Source: Octopus vulgaris (Eukaryota). From it: DNA of 64,000 nucleotides. The stretch covers positions 88,474,001 to 88,538,000 of the forward strand of contig OX597819.1 in NCBI GenBank assembly GCA_951406725.2, in the 5' to 3' direction. Position 1 is the stretch's first letter, and the number at the start of each line of letters is the position of its first letter. A program made the position numbers and the translations under genes. This document shows positions 47,496 through 61,039 of this stretch, piece by piece. The notes under the pieces were generated by a model. It saw only the letters and a program-made list of their open reading frames with translations, searched no databases and was not told the origin of the DNA.

Positions 47496-48720
47496 CAGCC
47501 CTGGCAAATTTATGGGACTCAAAGTTTCTTTATCAGTCACTTTCTGTGTGTATGCGCGTGTGTGTGTGTGTTTGTGTGTGTGTGTATGTGTGTGTGCGCG
47601 CGCGCTTATGTGTGTATGTGTGTGTGTGTAATTTTTATGTTACAGATTCTATATGTGACTGTTTAATAATGCCATGTGCAAAAGAAGCCTTGGAACTGTC
47701 TGAATTTCAAAGAGGCCGTATTGTAGGTTATTATGAAGGTAGACAGTGTAAAGCCTTATGATCCCACTTCATACAGTTAATAGAGTGATTGTGCAATTCA
47801 CCAGCGAGAGGAAGGAGTCCATATCACCTCGCCCAGATCAATCAGAGCCCTCTGACAGGACCTTTCTCTTTTCTAAGGTAAGTGTGGAAGATAATCCTCG
47901 TTGCAAGGCCTCTGACATAGAACAAGGTGATGTCAGTCCCAGAACAGTTGTAAGGTATCTCCACAAACTTGGTTACTATTGCAGAGCAACCAGAAGGAAG
48001 CCACGTCTTCGACCAGCCAATATCAAGCGAAAAAAACATTTGGCTAGTGAGATAGTGGAGAGGCCATTAGCATTTTGAGACACTGTTATGTTCTCTGATG
48101 AGTCCAGATTTGCTGTATTTCCTGACAGGGTCGAGTATGGGTCTGGAGACTCTGTGATCAAGAATTTGATGTGAAAAGATTGCAGTAAGCAATGAAACAC
48201 AGAAGCTATTCTGTGATGGTCTGGGGAGCAATTTGGAGCAATGGTTGATTGGAGCTGGTGTAGTGTGAGGGAAACATAAACTCAGATAAATATGTGTCCA
48301 TATTGCAGAAAGGACTCCTTCCAATCTTCTCCAGTGGTGAAATGATTAAAGACTCTTTATTTATGGAAGATGGGGCTCCTTCTCACACAGCTAAAACGAC
48401 CTAAGATTTGTTGGATGAGAATGGTACTAAAAAGCTTTCATGGACAAGCCAGTCACTGGATATGAACCCTATTGAACACCGTGGGATATAATGGACAGGA
48501 CACTTCATAAAAAGAACAAGAAAGCATCTTCAAAGTCAGATCTTTTGAGATTGCTGCATGAAACTTGGCAAGAAATTCCGCAAGAGAATATTTGTCATCT
48601 GATGCTTAAAAGGGTCCTTGCATTGAAAAAAGCAAAGGACATGTCAACTAAATATCAAATATCCACATTATAGCAATTAATAAATAATTTGAATGTATAA
48701 TTTTAGATTTAAATAAATTC
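47496..48720 (+). mobile_element. Defective Tc1-family (DD34E) transposon
   Basis: ELSEFQRGRIVG, VSPRTVVRYLHKLG..RRKPRL, VMFSDESRF, VMVWGAI and FMEDGAPSHTAK...SLDMNPIEH, with 34 residues between D and E. Stops and frameshifts are present. Candidate left end TA|cagccctggcaaat; right TIR not found. Confidence 0.9.
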
Positions 48721-48878
48721 TGATGATTATATTGTTGTCTGTGCGTATATGTATGTGTATATGTATATGTACACATTTAACATACAACAGATATGCACAC
48801 GCAAACACACACGCACAAATATACACATGTGTATATGCACGCGTGTATGTATGTGTGTGTATATGTATGTGTGTTTGT

Positions 48879-48924
<46 letters not shown>

Positions 48925-49724
48925 ATATCTATCTGTTTTATGTGTATACCCGGTGTTGCCTGCATTATGAGTACTTAAAATAGCTAAAACCACATTAATT
49001 CACTACATTTGTGATAAATGTGTTATAGAAGTTGCTGACAAATTTTCAGCTCTTCCGGAAATGTTCATTCACCCAGAATTTTTTAATGCCAGCAATAGAG
49101 ACGATTGTGCTTAGACTTCACAAAAATACACTAAAAATATAGAATTTATACTAAAATTTTATTCTCACAAATATCGGTCTAATTTACTGGAAATTAAATT
49201 ATTCATTCATTCATTCATTTATTTATTTAATTATTTATTGACATTATTCTACTAATTTGTAATATTACATAAAATGAATTATTTTTTCCAATTAGTAGCA
49301 GCTTTGCAGCGTTTATTTCAGTGCTTGGAAGGATACACTATTCTTAGTTGTTCTAGACAAATCAAAAGGAACAAATATCTATTGTATCCAATGTGATTTT
49401 AACTGATTCCAGTAACTCTGTGACTTTGCCATAGAGCCTTGTTAATGTTCATTGCAAAGAAAAAGCTACCGGAAATTGAAATATTTAAATTCGAAGAGTA
49501 CTTCTGTTAAGACAAAAGAACTTTTGATGGAAAGCAGCTTTATAGCTTTACAGCTTTACATTTGGCTCCACTAATCAAAATTGTCGCTTCTATGACTTGT
49601 GAAAGCATTCTATGGTATGCAAAGCAAAGATTTAGAAGGATTTTCCATAGAGTTCAATGATTTGTATGTAATGGACTTTCTCGGAAGGGATTCAAAATAT
49701 TTAAAATTCATTTCATTTATTTAT

Positions 49725-49902
49725 GAAGACAAGTATAGCTCTTTCTTGAATCCATTTATGATCATAGAATGGGTAGTGGTGGGTACTTGAATAGCATTAC
49801 TGTTAACTGTCTTCATTTATTATTGAAGATAAGTATAGCCCTTTCTTGAATATATTTATGATCATAGAAATGAGATGGGTATTTGAATAGAATTACTGTT
49901 GA
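49725..49902. repeat. ~100-bp tandem duplication
   Basis: gaaga.aagtatagc.ctttcttgaat..atttatgatcatagaa...ttgaatag.attactgtt occurs twice. Confidence 0.85.
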
Positions 49903-50029
49903 CCAGGGCCAGACGAAACTTGAAATTCTAGTCAACTAAAAAAAAAAGGACCCCCTTCGTGCATACCCTCTCCACGTACCGATGTTGTTCAAGGGAAAGG
50001 CAAAGGCCAATAGAGCTTGGCATCAAGTT

Positions 50030-50460
50030 TGGTACAGGGCCAGCAATTTGGTGCGGTGGATGAGGAGTAAATCGATTACATCAGCCTCAGTACTCAACAG
50101 GTACTTATTTTATCGACCCCGAAAGGATAAAAGACAAAGTCAACCCCGACCGAATTTGTACTCAGAACGTCAAGACGGACGACATGCATCTAAGCATTTT
50201 GCACAGCGTGCTAACGATTCTACCAGCAACCCACCCTAAAGAGTTCAAAAATAATCCCTTCTACTATAAGCATAAGGCTTGAAATTTTGGAGGAGGGGAC
50301 CGGTCGATTAGATCGACCCCAATAAGCAACTGGTACTTATTTTATCGACCCCGAAAGGATGAAAGGAAAAGTCAACCTCGGCGGAATTTGAACTCAGAAC
50401 GTAAACACAGGCGAAATGCCGCTAAGCATTTCGCCCGGTGTGCTAACGACTCTGCCAGTT
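50030..50460 (-). mobile_element. Two tandem SINE-B copies
   Basis: Reverse complements of the family motifs at ~50030-50238 and ~50255-50460. Confidence 0.8.
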
Positions 50461-50670
50461 CAAAAATCATAAAATGATAATGTTACCTGCGATATACAGT
50501 ATTGAGTTATATTACTTAGTTTTAGTTTAGCTGTGTCGCTAAGAAGCTCACCTGCTCAAGGTACCGATTTCGCGGCACTTAGGCTAAGTGTCTTCTACAA
50601 TAGCCCGGATCGACCAATATTTTATGAGTGAGTTTGGTTGACGGATATTGTGTGGAAGCTTGTTGAATAA

Positions 50671-50803
<133 letters not shown>

Positions 50804-51944
50804 CAGGTGAAAAAAGATTAGAAATCTATGCAAATCAAATTTTTTTTATATATGAAAGATGGAGGTAGAAACAGTACAAAAGTAAATCTAAGACATTTCA
50901 ATTTAGAACGCATTTAATAAAATGATTTAAAAAGTATATAAAGAAAGTATAAAATATTACCGATTTCGATGATGAATTTCTTAGTACTGAAAATTTCTTA
51001 TTACTAAAAATTTATAAAAATTTTGAAGTAAAAACAGTTTATCTTCCGTTTGGTGGTCAAAACATGTCTGGAGTTTTTTCGTTGAAATCTCCTTTAAATA
51101 TAGTTTGGTATAGAGTCCAAGGTGCTAGAGAGAAAGAAATGGGATGTAGTTTTGTCTATTGTCTAAATATATCTATATATATTTATGTGTGTGTGTGTGA
51201 GAGAAAGAGAGAGAGAGAGACTTTTTGTGTTTGTGTTTATCCCCCTACTGCTTGACAACCAGTGTTGGTTTGTTTACAACCCCGTAACTTAGTGGTTAGG
51301 CAAAAAAAAAAAAAAAAATAGAATATGTGCCACACTTTTAAAAAAAATACCGGGGCTGATTTTTTCGACTAAATCCTTCGAGGTGGTGCACCAGCATGGT
51401 TGCAATTCAATAACTGAAATAGGTAAACGATAAAAATGAAAGATATTATTAATGGTTGCTGTTTCCTTTTCATTTGACTGTTTGTTCCATTGTATTTAAC
51501 TGAAGATATTCAGATTTTGTTTATTTATTTACATAGACCATTAATTTTAATTTACAAAATCTATTTTCTTTCAAAGAAATACATATAAATAAAAAAAGAA
51601 TTATTTGTATTTACATACAAAAACAATTATTTATATTTAAATGCTTTCACGCACATAAATATTAGCAAAATCGGTTCGAATTTAATTAGCTCATAATTTT
51701 ATTTTTAAAAATATAAATATAAAATTGCAAGTAGCTATTAAATGCTAGCAAGCAGTCATCATCGTAGGTATGTATGTACTGAACTTATGTAGATAATTTA
51801 TTCTGTATGTAGGAAATACCATTAAAGAATTGGTTTCTTATTTTCACATAGAAAGACTATTTTCCACGCTAGTGAACATTAAATAGAATGCGACTGGTCA
51901 AAAAACTTTTTAAAATTTGCCACATAAAATGTTACCTAATAATG

Positions 51945-52341
51945 GTCTCAAATTTTGGAACACAGCCAGTAATTTCAGGGAAGTGGGTAAGTTGACTATA
52001 TATTGACTCCAGTGCTCAACTGATATTTATTTTGTCGACCACAAAAGGATGAAGAGCAAAGTCGACCTTGGCGGCATTTGAACTCAGAACGTAAAAACGG
52101 ATAGAATACCTATTTCTTTACTACCCACAAGGGGCTAAATACAGAGAGGACAAACAAGGACAGACAAACTAATTAAGTCGATTATATCGGCCCCAGTGCA
52201 TAACTGGTACTTAATTTATCGACCCCGAAAGGATGAAAGGCAAAGTCGACCTCGGCGGAATTTGAACTCAGAACGTAATGGCAGACGAAATACGGCTACG
52301 CATTTCGCCCGGCGTGCTAACGTTTCTGCCAGCTCACCACC
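51945..52341 (-). mobile_element. SINE-B tail-type-2 copy joined to the body of an older SINE-B
   Basis: Minus-strand junction ...gtaaagaaata|ggtattctatccgtttttacgttctgag near 52110. Confidence 0.85.
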
Positions 52342-52904
52342 CAAAAGATATTACCAAATAACTATTATTTTGTCACATAAACTATTGCCTACTCAGTGAA
52401 AAGATGTGCACCAATGCAAATTCTAGTTACAATAGTGCAAAACTAAGACAAGCGAATGCCGCAGTTAATTAGAATTTTGATGATGTATCGACGTTAAGTA
52501 TCAAACACAGATTTTAAAACTAATACTGGTTTTGGTGCATACAACGAATTTTTACCCAGCACGCCAGCAAACTGCAATATCAGTGATTTTCTAATCACTA
52601 TTTTTCATTATCGCTAACGGCGGATTTTGTGTAAGCATACGGTTGCCAATGGGTACTTTTAATACTTACGAAGCCCAAAGAAGCAGAAAGGAACGTTTAA
52701 TAATGCTACCACATCTGCAGGACGTATTTTCGTTAGCTGCTGATATAACTTTGGGTTATTTAATACTGCATGTCAACAGGAAATGTCATCTCTAGAACGA
52801 ATATCTCAGTTAATTAGGATTTCTGTGAAGTGCACATATATAGGTTTACCTACCAAAGTACTTAGCGATGGCCGAGTATTTTAGCAAAAAGTAAAAAAAA
52901 AACC

Positions 52905-53065
52905 TGGCTGTGTGGGAAGTAGCTTGCTTACCAACCACATGGTTCCGGGTTCAGTCCTACTGCGTGACATCTTGGGCAAGTGTCTTCTGCTATAGCCCCG
53001 GGCCGACCAATGCCTTGTGAGTGGATTTGGTGGACGGAAACTGAAAGAAGCCTGTCATATATATG

Positions 53066-53135
<70 letters not shown>

Positions 53136-53350
53136 TATATGTTTGTGTGTCTGTGTTTGTCCCCCTAGCATTGCTTGACAACCGATGCTGGTGTGTTTAC
53201 GTCCCCGTCACTTAGCGGCTCGGTAAAAGAGACCGATAGAATAAGTACTGGGCTTACAAATAATAAGTCCCGGGGTCGATTTGCTCGACTAAAGGTGGTG
53301 CTCCAGCATGGCTGCAGTCAAATGACTGAAACAAGTAAAACAGTAAAGAG
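52905..53350 (+). mobile_element. SINE-A
   Basis: Near-consensus copy. Confidence 0.9.
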
Positions 53351-53744
53351 AGAGAGTCTGCGATAATGTAGAGATTTCTGCATGCATTTCAATCTATATG
53401 AATAAGGAACTGGAATCTCTGCATTTTTCTCTTTTTTACGTGAAATAAGAATTACTACGAAATGTTCTTATTTATTTATTTCTGCATTCCAACACATCGC
53501 TTTAAAAATATTCATTGGCTTTGCTATCTGGTGCTATGATGAAAAGACAACCAGAGTTCCCAATGCTTGAAATACCAACATAAAGTTGACAGTGGGAAAG
53601 GCATGATCTGTCAGGTTCAATCTAACTTCTTTTGCTGATTGCCTGTTGAGATTTATTGTTAGTCATGACGAAACTGGGAACTGGCTTCGGTATTATTCTG
53701 GAAAACAGGCAACTGGCACAAGCAAAAATTACATTGAAAATATT

Positions 53745-53960
53745 GGTTTCAAATTTTGGCACAAGGCCAGCAATTTTAGGGGAGAGGGCAAGTCGATTAC
53801 AACGACACCAATGCTCAACTGGTACTTATTTTATCGACCCCGAAAAGATGAAAAGCAAAGTCGACCTCGGCAAAATTTGAACTGAGAACGTGAAGGTGGA
53901 CGAAATGTTGCTAAGCCTTTGGCCCAGTGTGTTAATGATTCTGTCAGATTGCTGCCTTAA
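53745..53960 (-). mobile_element. SINE-B
   Basis: Reverse complement of the family motifs. Confidence 0.8.
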
Positions 53961-54059
53961 TCACACGGAAAATATCAATAAAAAAGTTTACGACATGATA
54001 ATTTAGAAGACCCATGAAACATGAAATAAATCGCTTTTAACGGTGAACTCGAAGCAGTG

Positions 54060-54515
54060 CGGGTTCGGAACCACTGCGTGGCACTTTGGGCAAGTTTCTT
54101 TTACTATAGCCTCGTGCTGACCAAAGCCTTGTGAGTGGATTTGGAAGACGGAAATTGAAAGTAGCCAGTTGTATATATATATATATAGTATTTATTCTAT
54201 CAATGGCTTTTGCCGAACCGCTAAGTTACGGGGATATATAAACGCATCAATACCAGTTAAGCGGTGGTGGAGGACAGGTGTGTGTGTGTGTACGTGTGTG
54301 TTTGTGTCTTCGTCTCTGTCTTCCACCACCGCTTAACTGGTATTGATGCGTTTATATATCCCCGTAACTTAGCGGTTCGGCAAAAGCCACAGATAGAATA
54401 AATACTAGGTTTTAAAAAATAAGTACTGGAGTCGATTCATACAATTAAAAAATCGTTCAAGGTGGTGCCCCAGCACGGCCACAGTCAAATCATTGAAACA
54501 AGTAAAAAAAAAAAA
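54060..54515 (+). mobile_element. SINE-A with an internal inverted duplication
   Basis: 54186-54277 is the reverse complement of 54316-54407 with 3 mismatches. Confidence 0.85.
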
Positions 54516-54898
54516 AGAGAAAAATACATTCAACTTTCTCCATCCAAATGGGGGGGTGGTGGCGGGTTAACCCAATATTTACACGCAATTATTTATAGTT
54601 TTATCTACTTCAAGGTCCACCGGTTAAAACGACTTATTAATAGAAGTAATTTTCATTTGCTTCTTCGGAAAAAAAAGTGCAAGACGCTCTTTTCGGAGTT
54701 CATGCACACGCCAGAGAGCTTCCTGCCTTGAAAGCATTCTCCCTTTGGGGGTTTAAAAATAAGTGTTTGAGTTGCGAATCAATATGAATGTAATTATTTT
54801 TAAACAAGCAATTTTTTAACGTAATCTTCCAGTTAAGCGGTTGATTGTTTGCCTTCATGGCAAGGGAGACAATATCTTGCTAGAATCCACATTATTAA

Positions 54899-55313
54899 GG
54901 CGGCGAGCTGGCAGAATCGTTAGCACGCCGGACGAAATGCGTAGCCGTATTTCGTCTGCCGTTACGTTCTGGGTTCAAATTCCGCCGAGGTCGACTTTGT
55001 CTCTCATCCTTTTGGGGTCAATTAAATAAGTACCAGTTACGCACTGGGGTCGATGTAATCGACTTAATCCGTTTGTCTGTCCTTGTTTGTCCCCTCTGTG
55101 TTTAGCCCCTTGTGGGTAATAAAGAAATAGGTATTTCGTCTGCCGTTATGTTCTGAATTCAAATTCCGCCGAGGTTGACTTTGCCTTTCATCCTTTTGGG
55201 GTTGATAAATGAAGTACCAGTTACGCACTGGTGTCGATGTAATCGACTTAATCCCTTTGTCTGTCCTTGTTTGTCCCCTCTATGTTTAGTCCCTTGTGGG
55301 CAATAAAGAAATA
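54899..55313 (+). mobile_element. SINE-B tail-type-2 dimer
   Basis: Outer 17-bp TSD agaatcca(c/t)attattaa at 54882-54898 and 55314-55330. Inner junction aaagaaata|ggtatttcgtc near 55130. Confidence 0.9.
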
Positions 55314-55419
55314 AGAATCCATATTATTAATATTAACTTGGTTTCTCTTTTCTTTTTCTTTTTTTTTTTTTTTTCGTTAGTGAAAAGAATAACAAAGTAT
55401 CTTCATACATTTATTTACC

Positions 55420-55626
55420 ATTTGCTTGCTTCAGTCATTAGACTGCAACCATGCTGGGGAACCGCCTTGAACGATTTTAATCAAATGAATCAATCCCAGG
55501 CCCTCTTTTCTTTAAAGCCCGGCACTTATTCAATCAGTCTTCTTTTTTTACCGAACTGCTAAGTTACAAAGACGTAAACACACCAACACCGATTATCAAG
55601 TGGTGATAGGGACAAACACAGGCACA

Positions 55627-55705
<79 letters not shown>

Positions 55706-55846
55706 CGACGGGCTTCTTTCTGTTTCCATCAAGGTTTTGGTCGGCCCGAGTCTATAGCAGAAGACACCTGCCCAAGGTGTCATGCCGTGGCCCGAACTCG
55801 GAACCATGTTGTTGAGAAGACAATTTTTTACCACACAGCCACGCCT
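55420..55846 (-). mobile_element. SINE-A, diverged
   Basis: Similarity to the family consensus. Confidence 0.8.
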
Positions 55847-56263
55847 TTATTTGATTAAATTTTCTTTCTTTTAATTTTTCTCCCAAATTTATTTGTAAAA
55901 TCCTAAGCATCGGCATAAAGCTATTTCAGCCTCGTTAGATCTCTTCAGTACAGAGTATTCAGTGTCTACTAAACATTACATTAAATTCAATTCATAATTC
56001 ATTATCTAGAAAGAGTGGATATATAAACTGTTTCAAAGACAGCAATTTTCAGTGGAAGCGGATTAGTCAATAAAATCAACCCCACTACTTGACTAGTATT
56101 TATTTTATGCACTCCGAAAGGATGAAAGGCAAAGTTGAGCTTGGTAGGATCCGAACTCAGAACGTAAACGGCCGAAAGAAACGCCGCTAAACATTTTCCA
56201 ACGCGCCTACGATTCTGCCAGCTCACCTCACAGTTCGTTAATAGTATAAAGAGAGGGAGAATT

Positions 56264-56264
<1 letters not shown>

Positions 56265-56327
<63 letters not shown>

Positions 56328-56460
56328 GGTGGTGGTGGTGGTGGTGGTGGTGGTGGTGGTGGTACTACTACTACTACTACTACTAGTAGTAGTAGTAGTA
56401 GTAGCAGCAGCAGCAGCAGTAGTAGTGGTAGTAGTAGTAGTAGCAGCAGCAGCAGCAGTA
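56265..56460. repeat. Compound trinucleotide array (AGT)n(GGT)n(ACT)n(AGT)n(AGC)n
   Basis: Directly visible. Confidence 0.95.
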
Positions 56461-56629
56461 AAGGAAATTTGAATTTTATGTATGCATGAAAATGCTGTTC
56501 TGCTTTAAAAAAAATTAAGCATTTCAACTATTTGATCAAAAATTCAACTCTCAATGATTTCACGATCAGGGCTTTCTGTGTAGAAATCAGTGGGTCATAA
56601 TAACATCCAGATTTTGCTTTTAAGCTCTT

Positions 56630-57290
56630 TCGAAGAACCCGGTCTTGGAAAAAAAAGTTTCAAGGGCACAAATAACAACATAAGACTCCCATGACAATTC
56701 CTTCTTTTCAAGGTAGTTATTTAAAATGTAAAAATGTCTTGGAGTGCCTGACATTTCTTTGCAAAGAAAGAAAGAAAGAAAGAAAGAAAGATTATTCACT
56801 ATTTGATCTCCATCAATGAAATGAATGAATGCCAAAAGCTGCGCTTCGTTGGTAATGTTTGTTGACTCATCAGCCAGCAAAACAAAATTAGAATGTTAAA
56901 GCTTATCACGACATACATTTTCTTACATGTCAGCAGACAATTCAAAAATGCGCTTACGAACTGTATTATTTGAGTGAGGAATTTTACTTATTTCATGTTC
57001 TCATTTGATCTCCTAGCATTGTCTTTCAACAATCTTTCTGCATGCAAGCAAACAAACTTTCTGCATGCAAGCAAAATAATTGATTCTGTCAAAGTATGAG
57101 ACTTCGATTTTTTTCCCCCTTTTTGTGTAGCCATTTCGAATATTTCATACGAAGCAATTTGAGCCTTTTCAAAAACCTTTTAATATACTTTTAAAATTAG
57201 TTTTGTTTGCTCTTTCTGACAATCATCTTTTAAAATAATTCGACTTTTTTTTTTCCTTATCGACTGAAGTATTTAGATTTGAAATATCTA
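56630..57290 (-). mobile_element. hAT Buster/Charlie-type transposase remnant
   Basis: Minus-strand pieces EKAQIASYEI, KSHTLTESII, SNNTVRKRIFELSADM, LADESTNITNEAQLLAFIHF and LNNYLEKKELSW, matching motifs of ZBED5/SCAND3-like Buster transposases. Frameshifted. Confidence 0.8.
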
Positions 57291-57389
57291 TTTACTGTTT
57301 TGTTGGCATACACTATTTTTATTTCAATTAATTTTGAAAATATGTAAGAATTTGGCGAAATGTCTTTGTTATTATTAAGACGATATTCA

Positions 57390-57842
57390 AAGTGGCGAGC
57401 TGGCAGACTCGTTTACTCGCCAGACAACAATGCTTCTCGACATTTCGTCCGTCTTTACGTTCTGAGTTCAAATTCCGTCGACTTTACCTTTCGATAAAAT
57501 AAGTTTCAGTCGAGCACTGAGTTGATGTAATCCACTGGCTCCTCCTCCCCTAAAAAATTTCATACCATTTTGATTATTAAGATGGAGTTTGAAATCTAAG
57601 CATGAAATTTTCATGGTAAACTTCTTTTTATCTTTTGCATGTTTCAGTCATTAGACTGCAGCCATGCTGGGGCACTTCCTCGAAGAATTTCAGTTGAATG
57701 AATCGACCCAGTATTTCTTTCTTTCTTTTTAAGCCTAGTACTTATTCTATCAGTTTCTTTCTGCTGAACTGCTAAGTTACGGGGATGTAAACACACCAAC
57801 ATCGGTTATCAAGCGATGGTGGGGAGACAAACTGACACACAA

Positions 57843-57902
<60 letters not shown>

Positions 57903-57975
57903 CGTGCTTCTTTCAGTTTCCGTCTACCAAATCCATTCACAAGGCTTTGGTCGGCCCGAGGCTATAGCAGAAGAA
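57390..57975. mobile_element. SINE-B (+, 57390-57565) and 5'-truncated SINE-A (-, 57625-57975)
   Basis: Family motifs. Confidence 0.75.
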
Positions 57976-57992
57976 ACTATATATACTGTATA

Positions 57993-58805
57993 TACGAGGG
58001 GTTACCCAAAAGAAACCGGAATTTTGCAATATTATTTTATTCTCTTAGTTTTATATGTTTACACTTCTATTGCCTTCATTGTGTTCTCCATTTGAAGCAA
58101 TGCCGTGGCCCGAAAGTGTTTTCCACTGTTCGAAGCAGTCCTGGAACTCTTGCGAAGTAATGACTTTTAACGTCTCCGTCGTTATTTTTCTTCACTTCTT
58201 TCACATCTACGAAACGTTCTCTTTCAAGGACTTTTTTCATCCGGAGAAACAAAAGAAAGTTGCAGAGAGCAAGATCGGGTGAATAGAGAGGGTGGGTAAA
58301 CGGATTCATGCCATTTTTGGTCAAAAATTGTCTTATGCGAAGATGCATTGCCGTGATGAAACCATCACTCTCCACTTTGCCACTGGTCAGGGCGTTTTCG
58401 TCTCACTGTATCTCGCAAACGCTGCAGAACTGCCAAGTAAAATGTCTGGTTAAGTTTCACTAGGAGGAACAAATACTGTGTGGAGAACTCCTTTCGCATC
58501 GATAAAACAAATCAGTATCGTCTTGACATTGGCCTTCACTTGACGCACTTTTGTGGGGCATGGTAACATTGAAGCTTCCATTGACTTGATTGCTGCTTCG
58601 TTTCCGGGTCGTAATCGTAGAACCAACTTTCGTCACCAGTGATGAACGAATTTGGTCTTCAAGCAAGAAGTGACCATTCCTAAAGCGTGAAAAACCACTC
58701 GTAAACTTGTGTTTTGCTCATGGCAATGTCCTTATAAGCTGTTTGAACACTTGTTCAACAATTGTTTCGGCTCTGTTTTCCCCCCACAGAAAACAGAATT
58801 CCTTT
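57993..58805 (-). mobile_element. Defective mariner (DD34D-type) transposon
   Basis: Terminal TA|cgaggggttacccaaaagaaaccggaa. Minus-strand FITGDESWFYDYDPETKQQSSQW and HPLYSPDLALCNF. Internally deleted and frameshifted. Confidence 0.88.
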
Positions 58806-58807
58806 GT

Positions 58808-59130
58808 TTCCTTTCATCTGGGTCGATGTAATCGACTTAATCCGTTTGTCTGTCCTTGTTTGTCCTCTCTGAGTATAGCCCCTTGTGGGTAGTAAAGAAA
58901 TAGGTATTTCGCCTACCACTACGTTCCGAGTTCAAATTCCGCCCAGGTCGGCCTTGCCTTTCATCACGACGACGGGCTTCTTTCAGTTTCCGACTACTAA
59001 ATTTTGGTCGGAAACTGACTGGTCCGAAGCTATAGTAGAAATCATTTACCCAAGGTGCTACGCAATGAGACTGAACCCGGAACCATGTGGTTAAAAAGCA
59101 AGCTTCTTACAACACAGCCACGCCTGTACC
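58808..59130. mobile_element. SINE-B tail-2/body junction fragment (+) and SINE-A head (-)
   Basis: aaagaaata|ggtatttcgcc near 58903; SINE-A motifs at 58965-59130. Confidence 0.75.
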
Positions 59131-59403
59131 TATTTAGATCATTTTAAAATAAGAAGCTTGTATCACAGCAGCAAAGGCGGGTCTCAGGCAGATTGGTATC
59201 AAGAGGATTAACTTGCCGATTCGTCGCACTGACTCGTTTGCCATTTTATTTCCGTTTAACAAACACACGAATAGAAGTTGGTTCTCATTTCCAGTTCAAG
59301 GAAAACCAAATCTTAAACAGTTGCCATCGTGGTACATGAATTTGCAGTATTTGAAACGTGGTTACTACAAGATTCATTGTTCCTTATAAATCTATGTGCA
59401 CGC

Positions 59404-59512
<109 letters not shown>

Positions 59513-59854
59513 TCCTCATAAGCCTACTGGCTATTTGCAATATTAATGACGGAAAAGCCACTGTTATTCTATATATTGTTGGCATTGAGTTTTGGATCGT
59601 GAGCTTGCCCCAGAGAAAGCGCAAGAGCCGAAATCACGTGACCTGACAGTTCTGGCCCCGATGCAAGACGGTTCTCATCTGCTAGCGATATATGTCTGTG
59701 CTCTTAGCACCGTAGATCGACATGAGATCTCTCGAGGCGAATACCGCAGTATTCAACGTTCTCATAATACATTCACGTTAAGTAGGCTATAATGATGACT
59801 CCATACGCACGCGCGCACGCACATATGCACACACACGCACACACACACGCACAC

Positions 59855-59885
<31 letters not shown>

Positions 59886-60118
59886 TACTTATGCTTGTTT
59901 TATGTTAAATTATGATAAAAGCAATTTAACATTAAACTAAAGGTTTGCTCAGTATATTTTGTAGAGTACATACTTATTATTCTCACGAAGAAGAGTATTG
60001 ATAGTGACTTCGAAGTTTCAGCCTGCTGAACCATCATCGAAATGTCCAATGTTGATTAGCAGGCCTGAGCTTTGAAATCACTGTGAATACTATTTTTGGT
60101 AAACAATTAAATACGTGT

Positions 60119-60158
<40 letters not shown>

Positions 60159-60224
60159 GGCGCGGGCCTGGGTGTGTGGTAAGAAGTTCGCTGCCCGACC
60201 ACATACTCCCGGGTTCAGCTCTTC

Positions 60225-61035
60225 TAAGGAGTCCTATCAGAAGCAACCATCATTATATTTCCCGGCTGGATTCCCAACTATCACTAATTCTGACCATGGA
60301 TATTATCCAATTATCTTATTCCTGATCTCCTGCCGGTTGGCTCGGCTTGAAGAATACAACTTACGATTCTTTCCTGCGGCAATCTAATCACATGTCCGTA
60401 CTTCCAGAGCTGTAACTTCTCACGTAGCGGCTCGACTTGAAGGGACTCCCTGTTCTCCAAGTTACGAGAACGCCCTGTTGAGTAATGTAACTCCAGAAAC
60501 CCTTCAGAGGAGCTCCATTTTGGCAGCTTGTTTTCGCGATCTTACTCTTTCAGTCATTACCCAACATTCATGACCATAAGTGAAGATAGGCGCGAAATCC
60601 GAAATGAATTCCATCATTAACACGCAGTGGTCATTGGGAAGACTTTCTTGAGCTGTCTTCACAACGTTTATTGTTATCACTGCCTTTCAACACTCGACAG
60701 TGAATCCAACATTGATGACCATAGATGAGGATAGGCAAGAAAACCTATTTGAAGATATCGAGTTTGGCTTCTTTTTTTTTTACCAACCTCGGATTGAATG
60801 TCGAAGCTGGCGCATTATTGTATCAGCACCTGCAATTTTAGCATCCAGTTCAGCTTCCTGCCACCCGTCATTCATGAATACGGTCCCAAGATATCTAAAC
60901 TTCTCTACTTACCTCCATGATATTCGACTAACACGCTGTGGGTATTGGGAAAACTTTCTTGAGCAGACGAATATCTGTCTTCGCAGCGGTTATTCTCCTC
61001 ACTGCTTTTCAGCACATGACAGCGAATGCATTCAA
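60225..61035 (-). mobile_element. RTE-clade (Rex3/Expander-like) LINE remnant
   Basis: Minus-strand VEKFRYLGTVFMNDG, PIFTYGHECWVMTERVRSRKQAAKMELL*RVSG and ILQAEPTGRR. Confidence 0.8.
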
Positions 61036-61039
61036 AACA

